A DNA stretch of 64,000 bases from Octopus vulgaris (lineage: Eukaryota). The stretch is taken from NCBI GenBank assembly GCA_951406725.2, contig OX597822.1, forward strand, positions 67,828,001-67,892,000, in the 5' to 3' direction. A program made the translations under genes and the position numbers. Of the stretch, positions 44,040 to 57,103 are shown piece by piece. How positions within the stretch are numbered: the first letter of the stretch is position 1; each line of letters opens with the position of its first letter. The notes beneath the pieces are model-generated. The model did no database searches, had not been told where the DNA came from, and saw only the letters and a program-made list of their open reading frames with translations.

Positions 44040-44430
44040 ACTCACTGCAGTCTCTTACCTCTTGGGGAGATGCTTCTGACAAGGAAACTGGGGTGATTTG
44101 GTCACACATTGCGGCGACCCAATGACGAACTCAACCAGAAGGCAATAACACCAGATCCCACCCAGCCATCCACCGCCAGGTTGGTGTAAGCAGAGAGGTG
44201 GTCAGCTGAAAACGTGGCTCACAACAATCCTCGAGTCTTTGGCGTTCCTCGAGTCGTTGGCGACTCCTCGAGTCTTTGGCGTTCGTTGCTGGAATCGGGA
44301 ATGACTTCAACACGCTGCAGAATTGGCCGCCGACAGACATGCGCGGACCGCCTTGACCGTGATGCGGTGAACTCAGTAAGAGCCAGCTGAACCCCTTCTG
44401 AGTGAATACCGCTACCAGTAAAGACAAGAA
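44040..44430 (+). mobile_element. RTE-clade LINE 3' fragment with an internal 18 bp triplication
   Basis: FGHTLRRPNDELNQKA and ELAADRHA motifs; tail GAGTGAATACCGCTACCAGTAAAG; TCCTCGAGTC.TTGGCG x3 at 44228-44283. Confidence 0.6.
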
Positions 44431-45203
44431 TTACTAATACAAACTGTGTCCCGTCGCTTCAAGAAAAGAAAAAACACATTTAATGTAATTTTACATACGG
44501 CTCAATGATTAAAAAAAAAGAAATGTAGCACCTTTAATCGTATTTTTGCTCAGCATGGGCTGAACTTTCTATTCATATTTGATCAGTTAGATTTTGTTAA
44601 CACTTTCTATGCTGTCAGTTATCTGTCTTATGCCTCTACCGCGTATCTCCTTTCTTGAACACTCAGGATCCTTTATGGAATGTCAGAACCCTGTTCTCAC
44701 GCCGCAAGAATCTATCTCATTTTAGAAACGTTATTAGTTATGATTAATGGAGTTCTAGTAGAATAGCACAGGAACCACCACTCTTTAGATCGTAAGACAA
44801 AACTATGCTCCGGATCGTCACTTACGTCGTATGGTTGCGAGCTGTGACGAACCAACCACCAAGTAAAATATAAAAGACAAGTTAAGTTGATTCGGGTTTT
44901 CCTTTTTTTTTTTGTTCCTTAAGCTTCGTCCTTCTAAAAAGTGAACAGAGAAAGTGTCATCTTCACCAGATGGAAAACAACTTGAGAATTTCTATAGGAA
45001 TTTTGTATTTCCTTCTTCTTCCCACTTTTCTTTTGTACTGGTTACTTTTTTCTTTTTTATATATATTTCTTTCCACATCAATATATTGCCTCGAGTAATT
45101 TTTCAACGTTGTTTTTAGGTGGAATACACGTTTGTTTATTCCATCAAGACAGCAGATAACAAAATGTCGGATACTGAATTTTTATTTTGTCCTTCTATCG
45201 TCG

Positions 45204-45272
<69 letters not shown>

Positions 45273-45308
45273 CATATATGCACACACACACACATGTGCG
45301 TATAGATA

Positions 45309-45475
45309 TATGGATCAAAACAGTTTGATTCAAATTCGTTGGTGCTTTTGAGTTCAGCCATTTTGAATTTGAAATTCAAATCCATTAAATTTCAAATTCA
45401 AAATGGCTGACGACTAGCATCACGCTTGAAACTCAAGAGTACCAACGAATTTGAATCAAACTGTTTTGATCCATA
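45309..45475 (+). mobile_element. Palindromic Penelope-like relic, with a hammerhead in one arm only
   Basis: TATGGATCAAAACAGTTTGATTCAAATTCGTTGGT... / ...ACCAACGAATTTGAATCAAACTGTTTTGATCCATA, plus inner arms CAGCCATTTTGAATTTGAAATT / AATTTCAAATTCAAAATGGCTG. Confidence 0.7.
45396..45456 (+). ncRNA. Type I hammerhead ribozyme (canonical CUGACGA core)
   Basis: ATTCAAA-ATGG-CTGACGA-ctAGCatcacGCTt-GAAACTCAAGAGTA-CCA-acgaa-TTTGAAT: stem III ACTC/GAGT, GUA site, bipartite stem I. Confidence 0.65.
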
Positions 45476-45584
45476 CGTGGAACTCCCAATAAATTGGTTG
45501 AGAGCCCTTCATTCGTTTGTTCACACACTCGAATATACATACATACACACACACATGCATACATACATACATATAAAAATAAAA

Positions 45585-45649
<65 letters not shown>

Positions 45650-45652
<3 letters not shown>

Positions 45653-46194
45653 TATTATAAAAGGCAGATTTTATCTGCCTCCCTTTGTAACTTATAGAAA
45701 TCTACAATATAGGATTTCTTCAATTACAATTTACCTAGCATTTTTAAGAGTAGAATGCATCGGGTCATGCCAGGTCCAGTTTTTAAATTTTTAACTCCAA
45801 TTAAGCAAAATTTACAGAAAACTCACATTCTGGTGTGTGTGTCAAATGCTTTTCTTAATGTGGTTTACACCACACGCACACGCACACACACAGTGTGCAA
45901 CGAATAAAATGAAAGTAAATAGCGACAGAGTGATTTGAGGAAGACTAAACTGAAAGTATTTAAACCACTACTCAAAAAATAAAAAAACACAGCAAACAGA
46001 AACAAATAAATACATAACGATTTACTCCTCACACAATTTCTTCAATTAGAGTTTACCTAAGATTTTTCAAAGTACTCCATTCGGTCATGCCATAATATAT
46101 TTCTTTCAATTTCACCCCCAATTAAGACAAAATTCGAGAAAACTCAATATTTTAACATTTCACTCCGAAAGCATTGATGTACATGTGTGCGTGA

Positions 46195-46247
<53 letters not shown>

Positions 46248-47329
46248 ATGGGTTGTGCGACACAGAAAGTGTGGTGTGTAAGTGAAGTGCTTTTGTTAGT
46301 GTGTGTAAAGAGACAGAGTGAAAGACAGAAATAACTGAACTTTTTTTATTCACTTTTTGTAGTGAGTGACTGAGAGAGAAAAGAGAGAGATAGGTTATGT
46401 ATGTATATATGTATGTATGGCGTCAGTGACACACACACACAAAAACACATACCTACGTACACCTAAAGCACGCACACACACACACACAAGCGGAGCGCGA
46501 ACTTCAAAATTTTGGTAGTATTAATTTGCGAGCGTACTTCTAAGCGCGCGTAATTGAAAGTTTTCACTATGATATCATCACGTGCGAAAAAATTCGAAGG
46601 GTTTTGAACAATTGAGATACAGATGTCACGCCTGTATTGAAACCATTGCTAAGCTGCCGTAATTGCTTAATTAAGACTTTGTTTAAATTGAAAGGGGCAA
46701 ATATGTGACGAGGTTGAAAAAAAATACCCCAGAAAAAAAAATGTACTGCTGGTATTTATATAATTCACTACTATTTTGCTACAATGTCATGAAAAAGAAA
46801 AAATTTAGGTATGTAAATCGAATTCGCCACCCCTTTTCCCCGTTCGCGTTTGTGTAAAAAAAATTATTATTTAAGTTTTAAAAATTATTTACTTTGTTCA
46901 AAAAATATTAATATTAATTAATTTTCAAGAATTATTTAATTTTATTCTGTAAAATAGTAATTAATTCATTTATCTGTAAATCCGCGAGGTTGTTACTCAC
47001 GCATCTAGAATGGTAACCTTCAACTAACACTATCTCCTCCGAGACCCTGCGGCGCAAGTTGACCAAAGTTGAGAGTATGGTAGAAGAAGGGCTGCTCTTC
47101 CTTCCGTAGAACATAAAATTCAAATCGGACCATGTTAACACCAAAAATTATTTACATCAAAAAGATGCTTTTTTCTATGAAAATCCCTATTTTTTACAAT
47201 TTTTTCACTGCTGTGTCGCCACTTTTCGGTGTATTTCGACCAGAAAAATGTTCACAAAATTTTTACTTTTCAAAATTACAATTCCAGCGGGTCGAAACAA
47301 ACCCGAGCAACGCCGGGCGATACTGCTAG
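45650..47329 (+). mobile_element. Non-autonomous Helitron (~1.68 kb)
   Basis: A|TC 5' end within (TA)n; 3' end ACAAACCCGAGCAACGCCGGGCGATACTGCTAG|T identical to 23238-23270; internal diverged duplication (~45715-45830 vs ~46035-46150). Confidence 0.82.
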
Positions 47330-47371
47330 TATATATATAAATATATACATATCTTTTAGCTTTTACTTTTA

Positions 47372-47815
47372 TCAGTCATTCGACTATGGCCATACTGGGG
47401 CACCGCCTTGAGGAATTTTTAGTTCAATGCGTCGATCCCAATACTTTTTCTCTAATCCATTTACTTACTCTATCTGTCGCTTTTGCCGAACCGCTAAGTA
47501 ATGGGCACATAGAGACACCAATACAAGTAATCAAGTGGTGTTAGGGGACGGACACAGGCACACACATACACACACACACACTCGCACACATACACACTCG
47601 TGCACACACTCGTACACACACACACTCACACACACACATACACATATAGATAGACAGACAGACAGACAGACGGCAGGATTCTTTCAGTTTCTGTCTATCA
47701 AATCCTCTGAGAAGGCTTTGGTGATACCGAAGCTATAGTAGAAGACACTTTTCCCAATGTACCACGAAGTGGGACTGAACCCGGAATCATGTGGTTGGGA
47801 AGCAAACCTCTTAGC
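47372..47815 (-). mobile_element. SINE family B (diverged)
   Basis: Tail, core and partial head motifs with internal CA repeat. Confidence 0.8.
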
Positions 47816-48046
47816 CCCCACCCCCACCATATGTATGTATGTATTTATGTATTTATGTATGTATGTATGAATGTATGTATGAATTATGTATGCATGTATA
47901 TACATACATATACATATTAATGATGCAGATATTTGTTGTACTCGGAAAAACATTATTTGATGTGGAACACCACACAAGAAGCCATTTTTCTTATACTTTA
48001 TAACTGGTTCTTCTTATACTCATTTCCTTGTCACCCTATCTATACC

Positions 48047-48277
48047 TATTTCTTTACTACCCACAAGGGGCTAAACACAGAGAAGACAAACAAGGACAGA
48101 CAAACGGATTAAGTCGATTATATCGACCCCAGCGCGTAACTGGTACTTATTTAATCGACCCCGAAAGGATGAAAGGCAAAGTCGACCTCGGCGGAATTTG
48201 AACTCAGAACGTAGCGGCAGACGAAACACCGCTAAGCATTTCGCCCGACGTGCTAACGTTTCTGCCAGCTCGCCGCC
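48047..48277 (-). mobile_element. Full-length SINE family A with Tx1-like tail and 19-21 bp TSD
   Basis: TTGTCACCCTATCTATACC at 48028-48046 and 48278-48296. Confidence 0.93.
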
Positions 48278-49102
48278 TTGTCACCCTATCTATACCATCG
48301 CATAGCCAGCAGAGTATGATCGCTTCCTTTCTAAATAGGTACTGAAACTCCGAACGTGAACTCAACATCTGAACAGCGTACGACGAATGTAGTTATGGCG
48401 CCCACCCTGTCCGACGCGCTTGCTCTTCGAGTGGGGCATTTGTTAAAATCGGAAGCTGGTATTTTGGGCCGCAGGCTAAATCATTATTTTACCTGCAAGA
48501 AAATTGAGGCTTTGGATAACCTCTACTGCGACCGGCCGTCGCATGTAGTTAACATTTGTGAGGGACGCCGAGAACTACGTGTTCGAAACCGGCTCAACCC
48601 ATCCTGGTAGAATACCGACGCGTGTACAAGTATCTAGCTACGGCATATTTTTGGCAACTAATGTTCATGATTCACTTCCAAGCATTATCAATGCAGCCAT
48701 GCATCTTTGGTGCCCGCTATTCATGAGAAGGTCGTGGAAGGTACAGTCCTTAGGCAGAAACCTTCCTTATAGTTTCCTGGTGGATTCCTAACCGTGGCCA
48801 ATAATAACTACGGAGAATATCCAGCCACCTCGCTTGTAGTCTACCCCTTGAACTCCTGTCGGTTAACTTGGTTCAAGAATTTATTTTACGACTCTTTCTT
48901 GGGGTATTCTACTCACATACTCGTCGTACCGGAGCTGTGATTTGTCAATGCAGAGAAATAGCCGCTCGACCTTGAGAAACCCTTTGGTCTACGATATACG
49001 TACCCTGTCGAGCATTTCGTTTCGAATGTAGACGCATCAATGTCAACTAATCCTCATTGTTGTTAGCTCTCTGAACTTTTCCCCTCATTCAAATTTGGCT
49101 GA

Positions 49103-49212
<110 letters not shown>

Positions 49213-49236
49213 ATATGTGCGTGTATATGTGCGAGT

Positions 49237-49558
49237 GAAGGCGTGTGGCTTAGTGGTGAGGGCATTTGGCTCACGATCTTAAGGTTCTGAGTTCGATTCC
49301 TGGCGGAGTATTGTGTCCTTTAGACAAGACACTTTATTTCAAGTTGCTCCAGTCCACTCAGCCGGCAAAAGTGAATAGTACGAGTAATTCCTGTATTTCA
49401 AAGGGCAGCCTTGTTATTCTGTATCACACTGAATCTCCCTGAGATCTACGTTTAGGGTACGCGTATCTGTGGAATGTTCAGCCACGTTAATTTCACGAGC
49501 AGGCTGTTCCGGCGATTGGATCAACCGGAAACCCCGTCGTCGTAACCGACGGAGCACC
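49237..49558 (+). mobile_element. Full-length SINE family C
   Basis: A-box TGGCTTAGTGG, B-box GAGTTCGATTCC, tail CGTCGTCGTAACCGACGGAGCACC. Confidence 0.9.
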
Positions 49559-49682
49559 AGTATATGTGCGTGTATGTGTGCATGCGTGCGCAAACGTGCA
49601 TACTTAGGGAAGAACAAACATATATGTGTGTTAAGTCCTAATTTTTCTACTCTAACTTTATACTAATAAACGAATTCTATGC

Positions 49683-49918
49683 AAAGCGGTGAGCTGGCAG
49701 AAACGTTAGCACGCCGGGCGAAATGCTTAGCCGTATTTCGTCTGCCGTTACGTTCTGAGTTCAAATTCCGCCGAGGTCGACTTTGCCTTTCATACTTTCG
49801 GGGTCGATAAATTAAGTACCAGTTACGCACTGGGGGCGATGTAATCGACTTAATCCCTTTTTTTCTGTCCTTGTTTGTCCCCTCTATGTTTAGCCCCCTG
49901 TGGGCGATAAAGAAATAG
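49683..49918 (+). mobile_element. Full-length SINE family A with Tx1-like tail and 19 bp TSD
   Basis: TAATAAACGAATTCTATGC at 49664-49682 and 49919-49937. Confidence 0.93.
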
Positions 49919-50387
49919 TAATAAACGAATTCTATGCCATTTAATGAAACGCTCGTCATTTTTCCAGTGTTTGCTTTCAGTTGTCTAATGCGTACAACAT
50001 GGTGGACGAGGTTGACAAATTCTTTTGTTTTACTTTTTTAGGGGTTCTTAGAAATATCAAGTGACAACGAGATACGAACTATCAACCATTCGGCTCGTAG
50101 TCCCAAACTTTATCGACGCAGACAACTGCAACTCTTTAACATGACAACTTGTGAGCCTAAATATCTGGAACTTTAATCATAGAATTTTGACATTTCTAAA
50201 ATCAAAGAATGACGGTGTTGTATATAGCGTACGGTTGGGAAGAATGGGAACGAAGGAAATAAGGAAAGGAATGGGATAAGAAAGAACAAAAAAAGAAAAA
50301 GAATGAAAGAATGAAAGAAAGAAAAGTATAACGATGGATAGACAGACAGATCAACAAATAAAAACATAGGTAGGTAGATAGACAGAC

Positions 50388-50467
<80 letters not shown>

Positions 50468-50538
50468 ATACATTTATATATATTTATATTTATATATATT
50501 TATATATATTTATATTATATATATATATATATATATAT

Positions 50539-50653
<115 letters not shown>

Positions 50654-50682
50654 AGAAGAAGATAGAAGAGAGAGAGAGAGAG

Positions 50683-50756
<74 letters not shown>

Positions 50757-51204
50757 AAGATAAGTTAAAAGTAAAGGAGAAAGAAAAGACAAGAAGAGAA
50801 AGGAATGAAGACTGAGAGAAAGCTCCAAAGAAACAAATAAAAAAAGAATTATATATATATACATAAAAAAAAAGGGTACGAATGTAAAGAAGATAGAATG
50901 AAATAAGGAACTCTATAAAGAAAGAATTATATTGTGGTTTACCTTTGATCTTACGCCGAAATTCCATCATCTGCCAGAGTTTGACAGGAGTGACCGCTGT
51001 AAGTTGAGTTTTTATTCAGCTGTTCAAATTAGCCAATTGTTGCTCTCACAATACCATCAATTGGAGACTTGACTTTGTCACAACACAAATTATGTTTTTT
51101 ACGCGCTGCGGTTTAGAAGTTAGTCATTAAGAAAGAATACGAAATCCAAGGAAGAGAATTCCATGTTGTGACACTCTTAGTGTTACGAAAATAATAGGAA
51201 AAAA

Positions 51205-51820
<616 letters not shown>

Positions 51821-52484
51821 TTCTCATAACAATAAACAGATATAATAAATTGCACACGTCTAATGACACTCTCTGTGCAGTTAACGTGATATTTTTGACA
51901 AATTGCGCTAGTTAAAAATATATTATTACATACAATGGAGAACTGAAGGATATAAATAATAAAAAGAATCGTGTTAGTATACGGGCAACATAATACAAGA
52001 GTGTGGTGTGATATAGCGTGATATATTCATCCGTTCAAATTGCAACGAAGTTTCGTTTTATTAAAGAGTTCTACGACTATTTATACGAGAATGCATACAA
52101 ATTATGTATGACTGCATGTATGTGTGTACATATGTATATAGATATATGTGTGTACATGAATATACATACATATGTGTATATGTGTATACGCATGTGTGCA
52201 GACATGTATAATGTAGGGCACAGCTTTCTTCCAAACTAGTTATATTGAAAATACGACTGTGTCCGAACATAATAGAACACAGTCGTGTCTTTGATACAAG
52301 TGTGCATTTGTGTGCTCGTGTGTCTGTGCCTGTGTCTTTATGCAAGTATAAATAAATACATATGTACGTACACATATATTTATGTACACGTACATATGTA
52401 TAAATGTGTGTACATAAATACTTAAATATGTGTGTATGTGTGTACAGAAGAAAGATGGAGGGAAGGATGGAGAGAGAGAGAGAG

Positions 52485-52633
52485 AGGCGCAGGCATGGGT
52501 GTGAGGTAAGAAGTTTGCTTCTCTACAACAGTTTTCCGAGTTCAGTCCCACGGCCTGGCCCCTTGACTTCTGCTATAGCCTTTAGAGCAGATTCGGATTC
52601 CGATTAGGTAGACGGAAATTGTAAGAAACCCCT
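52485..52633 (+). mobile_element. SINE family B 5' half
   Basis: GGCGCAGGCATGGGTGTGAGGTAAGAAGTTTGCTT...GGTAGACGGAAA. Confidence 0.75.
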
Positions 52634-52634
52634 C

Positions 52635-52860
52635 GTTTTGATTCCCTTCCGGTCATTTCAATATGTGACCGCGTGTGTTTCGTTGGCGATTTTCTTTCTC
52701 CGTCTTTCCTTCTATGAACTTTTTCTATATTTCTGACGAAGAGTTCCGCTCGAAACATAAAATCCTCTTTCTGTTCTTTCATATCCTGAGCGTCCAATAA
52801 CACTTTACTCATTTCACGTCTTCGCGTTGTTGTTTTTTCTTGCTTGTTCATGTTTGGATT

Positions 52861-52863
<3 letters not shown>
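52635..52863 (+). mobile_element. Probable Penelope-like pseudo-LTR remnant ending in (TA)n, with a partial hammerhead core
   Basis: CTGACGA-aGAGttccgCTC-GAAAC at 52733-52756; stems I and III are not convincingly paired. Confidence 0.55.
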
Positions 52864-52900
<37 letters not shown>

Positions 52901-52982
52901 TGTCTCTTTTTATGGAAACAAAAGGTTTTATAGGATTGCAAAAAAGAAGTGCTCAAATGTAATTGAGACAAAGATAAAAAAA

Positions 52983-53345
52983 ACATTGATCATAGAACAA
53001 ACATCAAATTCGACTCAACACGACTTTATACACCCAAACATTTGATCATATATAAATATTACCATAGTTTTTAAACATATATTTACTTATATACTTAAAC
53101 ATAAAAACACAGAAAATAAAAATATATATGTGAATAAAATACAAATATATGGAACGGCCTAAAAAGGTAAATATAAACGACTAAAAATTCATAAAAATTC
53201 TAAAGCGTTTCATGCTACTAAAAGACTAAATAAACTAAGATAAAATAAAATATCAATCGATTAAAAATATTTTTAAAAAGGTTTTTTTTCCTCCGCTCAC
53301 ACAAGAATACTTCCAAATATCTGATGTTTGTTCTATGATCAATGT
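52983..53345. mobile_element. AT-rich element with a perfect 24 bp inverted repeat at its ends (MITE-like)
   Basis: ACATTGATCATAGAACAAACATCA (52983-53006) / TGATGTTTGTTCTATGATCAATGT (53322-53345). Confidence 0.6.
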
Positions 53346-53355
53346 CTCTTAATAC

Positions 53356-53387
<32 letters not shown>

Positions 53388-53389
<2 letters not shown>

Positions 53390-53585
53390 AAGTGCGTGGC
53401 TTAGTGGCTAGGGTGTCAGCATTATGATCGTAAGATTGTGGTTTCGATTCCTGGACCGGGCGACGCGTTGTATTCTTGAGCAAAACACTTCATTTCACGT
53501 ATCTGCAGTGCACTTAGCTGGAAAAAATGAGTAATGCTGCGATGGACTGGCGTCCCGTCCAGCTGGGGAACACATACGTCATAGG
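53388..53585 (+). mobile_element. tRNA-derived SINE (family C head, alternative tail)
   Basis: TGGCTTAGTGG...GTTTCGATTCCTGGACCGGGCG...TTCTTGAGCAAAACACTTCATTTCAC...GGACTGGCGTCCCGTCCAG. Confidence 0.8.
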
Positions 53586-53632
53586 CTTTAAAAAGGGCAC
53601 ATTTATTATTTTATACACACACACACGCACAC

Positions 53633-53672
<40 letters not shown>

Positions 53673-54156
53673 ACAAACACACACATATATATATATATAT
53701 ATATACATATATATACATATATATATTTCCGTAAACCTGCCTTCGTCTTTTGTTTATTTTCATAAAGCTTCCCGTTATATATCACAATTGCTTAAGGTAA
53801 AAATGAATTCCTCGCTCTTTCGGAAACATTAATCTTCTGTATTGACTGCTTTCCACCACTTTGATCTGTTTTTTGTATTGAATACGTATTGCCACCGTGG
53901 GCCACTGCATCGAACACTTTGAACATATAGCATGAATGAACTTACTTCAAACTATATATCAACTATACATGAACTCTAAGATGTCTGACTCCGTTGTGTA
54001 TTATAAATGAATTTCTTGTGTTTGACGGCATGAGCTGTCTTTTTTTATATATAACTTTTTTTGATAAGGTTCATTTCAGGAACTGAAACATGTTATAATG
54101 TATATATAAAAATTAAAAATTGTATAATATAGCAGCATTTTCGAACTTCATTTTTT

Positions 54157-54226
<70 letters not shown>

Positions 54227-54339
54227 GACTTTTCCGTCAAAGTTGACGAATGGGCGTTCAGCTCTTGCCGAACGACCCTCACAAATGATTTGTTTATGGT
54301 GATCAAATGTTCGTGCCGCACATTAGCTCCTTCTCTCCA

Positions 54340-54515
54340 TAAAAAGGACGTCTTCTCAACAGGTGCACAGTGTGCCACACGTCAGGCGTCGAAATGATCG
54401 CAATACATCTAGAGATGAAATGTATTTCTCAAGAGCAAAACGCACCAACCGTCTAGGAATTGAAATCACGATCGCTACATCGTGAGTGCAACACCCTAAC
54501 CACTAAGCCATGCGC
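54340..54515 (-). mobile_element. Degenerate tRNA-derived SINE
   Basis: Head (reverse complement) GGCGCATGGCTTAGTGGTTAGGGTGTTGCACTCACGAT. Confidence 0.7.
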
Positions 54516-54536
54516 CCTCTCAAATATATATACATA

Positions 54537-55119
54537 GTAAAGCCTATTTGCCAACATAATGTGACAGACTTGAATAGGACTATGTTACTGCTTTTTAACC
54601 CCAGGAAAACGTCTTTTCCCGTTGGTTTATCGACACATGATCTGTGTCCCGAGATATACTGTAATTAAGGGGGCCTACAACTGCCTTCTAACCGTTGGCA
54701 GTACCAGCAAACCAATGATTTCTGCGTAATTTCTCTTCTTCAGTATTGGACAACCGTCTGGTCTAGATTCAGCAGCCAGCCGACGTTACTCACAGTGTAT
54801 ACATATCGAAGCAACTGTCAGTCGCTGATTTCGTTACGAGAAAGACAACTAGTTTTAAATCTCTGATTGAGATCTATGTAGTAACAGTACTGAATAGTAA
54901 AGTTATTTGTCAACATAATGTGCCAGTCCTGAAAAAATGTTATTACATTACATTTCAACCCTAGGAAGACATCTTTTCCAGCTGGTGTATCGACACATGA
55001 TCTGTGTCCGAGACATACTGTATGTAAGTGGGCCTAGTACTCCTTTCTAGTCGTTGGCAGTACCAGCAGATGAATGGTTTCTGGGTAATTTCCCTTCTGC
55101 GGTACTGAACAACCATCTG
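54537..55119. repeat. Two diverged ~220 bp direct repeats (54537-54760 and 54896-55119), probably 3' ends of an old retroelement
   Basis: Shared blocks CAACATAATGTG, TATCGACACATGATCTGTGTCC and CGTTGGCAGTACCAGCA. Confidence 0.7.
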
Positions 55120-55225
55120 TATATATACAACGTGTATGTCTGTTGTACATGATGTAATTTTGCCTGTGTATGCGTATGCCCATGTTCGCAGTATGCTGGT
55201 TATGTATGTCTGTAGAGGGTGAGAG

Positions 55226-55360
55226 GGCGTGCAGGCATGGGTATGAGGTAAGAAGTTTGCTTCTCTACAACAGGCTTCCGAGTTCAGTCCCACAGCATGA
55301 CCCCTTGGCTAAATTTCTTTTACTATAGCCTCGAGATCAGATTCGGATTTGCATTAGGTT
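55226..55360 (+). mobile_element. SINE family B 5' half sharing private variants with 52485-52633
   Basis: TGAGGTAAGAAGTTTGCTTCTCTACAACAG and CAGATTCGGATT occur in both copies. Confidence 0.7.
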
Positions 55361-55905
55361 GCTGGATACGAGCTGTATTTATATTATGTACGGGGGATAC
55401 ATAAGAGTTGGCACAAATAACGATCACATAAAATAATTAGCGATGCAACAATATGACCACAGAACAAAGGATTGTAAAAGAATATATGAAGTACATGCAT
55501 TCATATTTATGAATAAGTATTTCAAATGCAGCACGGAATTTTGTCAGTGAACAGGTCGCGGTCTCAAAGCGACAAAAATATTTTGGCTAATTAAATTTTA
55601 ACGTTGAAGTGAATCTGACGGTTTTTGTGTGTTTCTTAAATGGCTTATAAACACGTCCCACGCTGCAATTGTTTCTGTTCCAGCACGCAATCTCAGGTCA
55701 GGTAACTTGCTATACAAGTACATCACCGTATTTCAAATTGATTTTTGTAAATATTGTGTAAATATATTTGCACAGCTAAGTTAGTAAGAACTCGAATTTG
55801 TTGAGGGAGATATTGAAATGCATACATACATTCACACATATGCAAAATATGTGTATGTATATGGATATTAGTATGTATGTATATATATATATATGTATGT
55901 ATATA

Positions 55906-56242
<337 letters not shown>

Positions 56243-56338
56243 GTTTGGTAATGAATAATATATCGTCTATTGACTAGTTTTTCTGCACGCTGGGTCAAGG
56301 TGGTAAAACATTTCTAAATAATATTTTACTACCCTGAA

Positions 56339-56404
<66 letters not shown>

Positions 56405-56407
<3 letters not shown>

Positions 56408-57085
56408 GATGGATTCTCTAGTCGTGAACGACAAATGAGAGTTCAGTAAAATAAAGCATTGATCATGCTCTATGGACACGAACGAGTTTCTTGAGGCCTG
56501 CTGGTGCCTTGCAAGCCTTTTGGCAAATGGATCGAGTTGAGGACTCAGTTTGCTTGAGTGCTTGTGGATTATATACTATGTGTTTTCTTCAGTGGACGGC
56601 TAGGCCTGCTTTGCTTCGAACCACTAAACCACAATGAGAGGTAAGGTTTTCATTTAGAGGAGCAGTGTTTTGCCAGCGTGCCTTCGTGCTTGCACGAAGT
56701 TGGTCCCGGTGTTGGAGTCGATTTTGCTCAAATTTTTTGAACTGGAGAGAAGCAGGACTGGCGCCACGTTTTGATGCTTTGCTTTCCCAGGAAGAAAAGG
56801 GAATGTTGCATCGCTTCATATTGTCTTTTCGGTTGCCTTTTAAACACTGCTGGTTGAACAAGTCACCACCAGTTCTGTACTCAAACTTTACTCCTTCTTT
56901 CACGCCCTCGAAAGCTACATGACAGAGAAATATAAAGCAAAGCAAATAAAGAGTGGTGTAAGAACACAGACTTGTTTTATCCCATTTCAGACTGTGAATG
57001 AATTAGACACATCCTTGCTAGATCTGACAGAAGCCATCGTTCCTTGATGGAAAGAAATTATTACATCGAACATCTTTTCTGGAAA
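56405..57085 (-). mobile_element. Internally deleted RTE-clade LINE (RT fragment fused to C-terminus and 3' UTR)
   Basis: NGIKQVCVL and EGVKFEYRTGGDLFN (RTE RT region) joined to KDNMKRCNI..SSWESKA...CGLVVRSKAGLAVH (C2H2-like end); tail GTCGTTCACGACTAGAGAATCCATCATTA. Confidence 0.8.
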
Positions 57086-57103
57086 ATATATATATATATA
57101 TAT

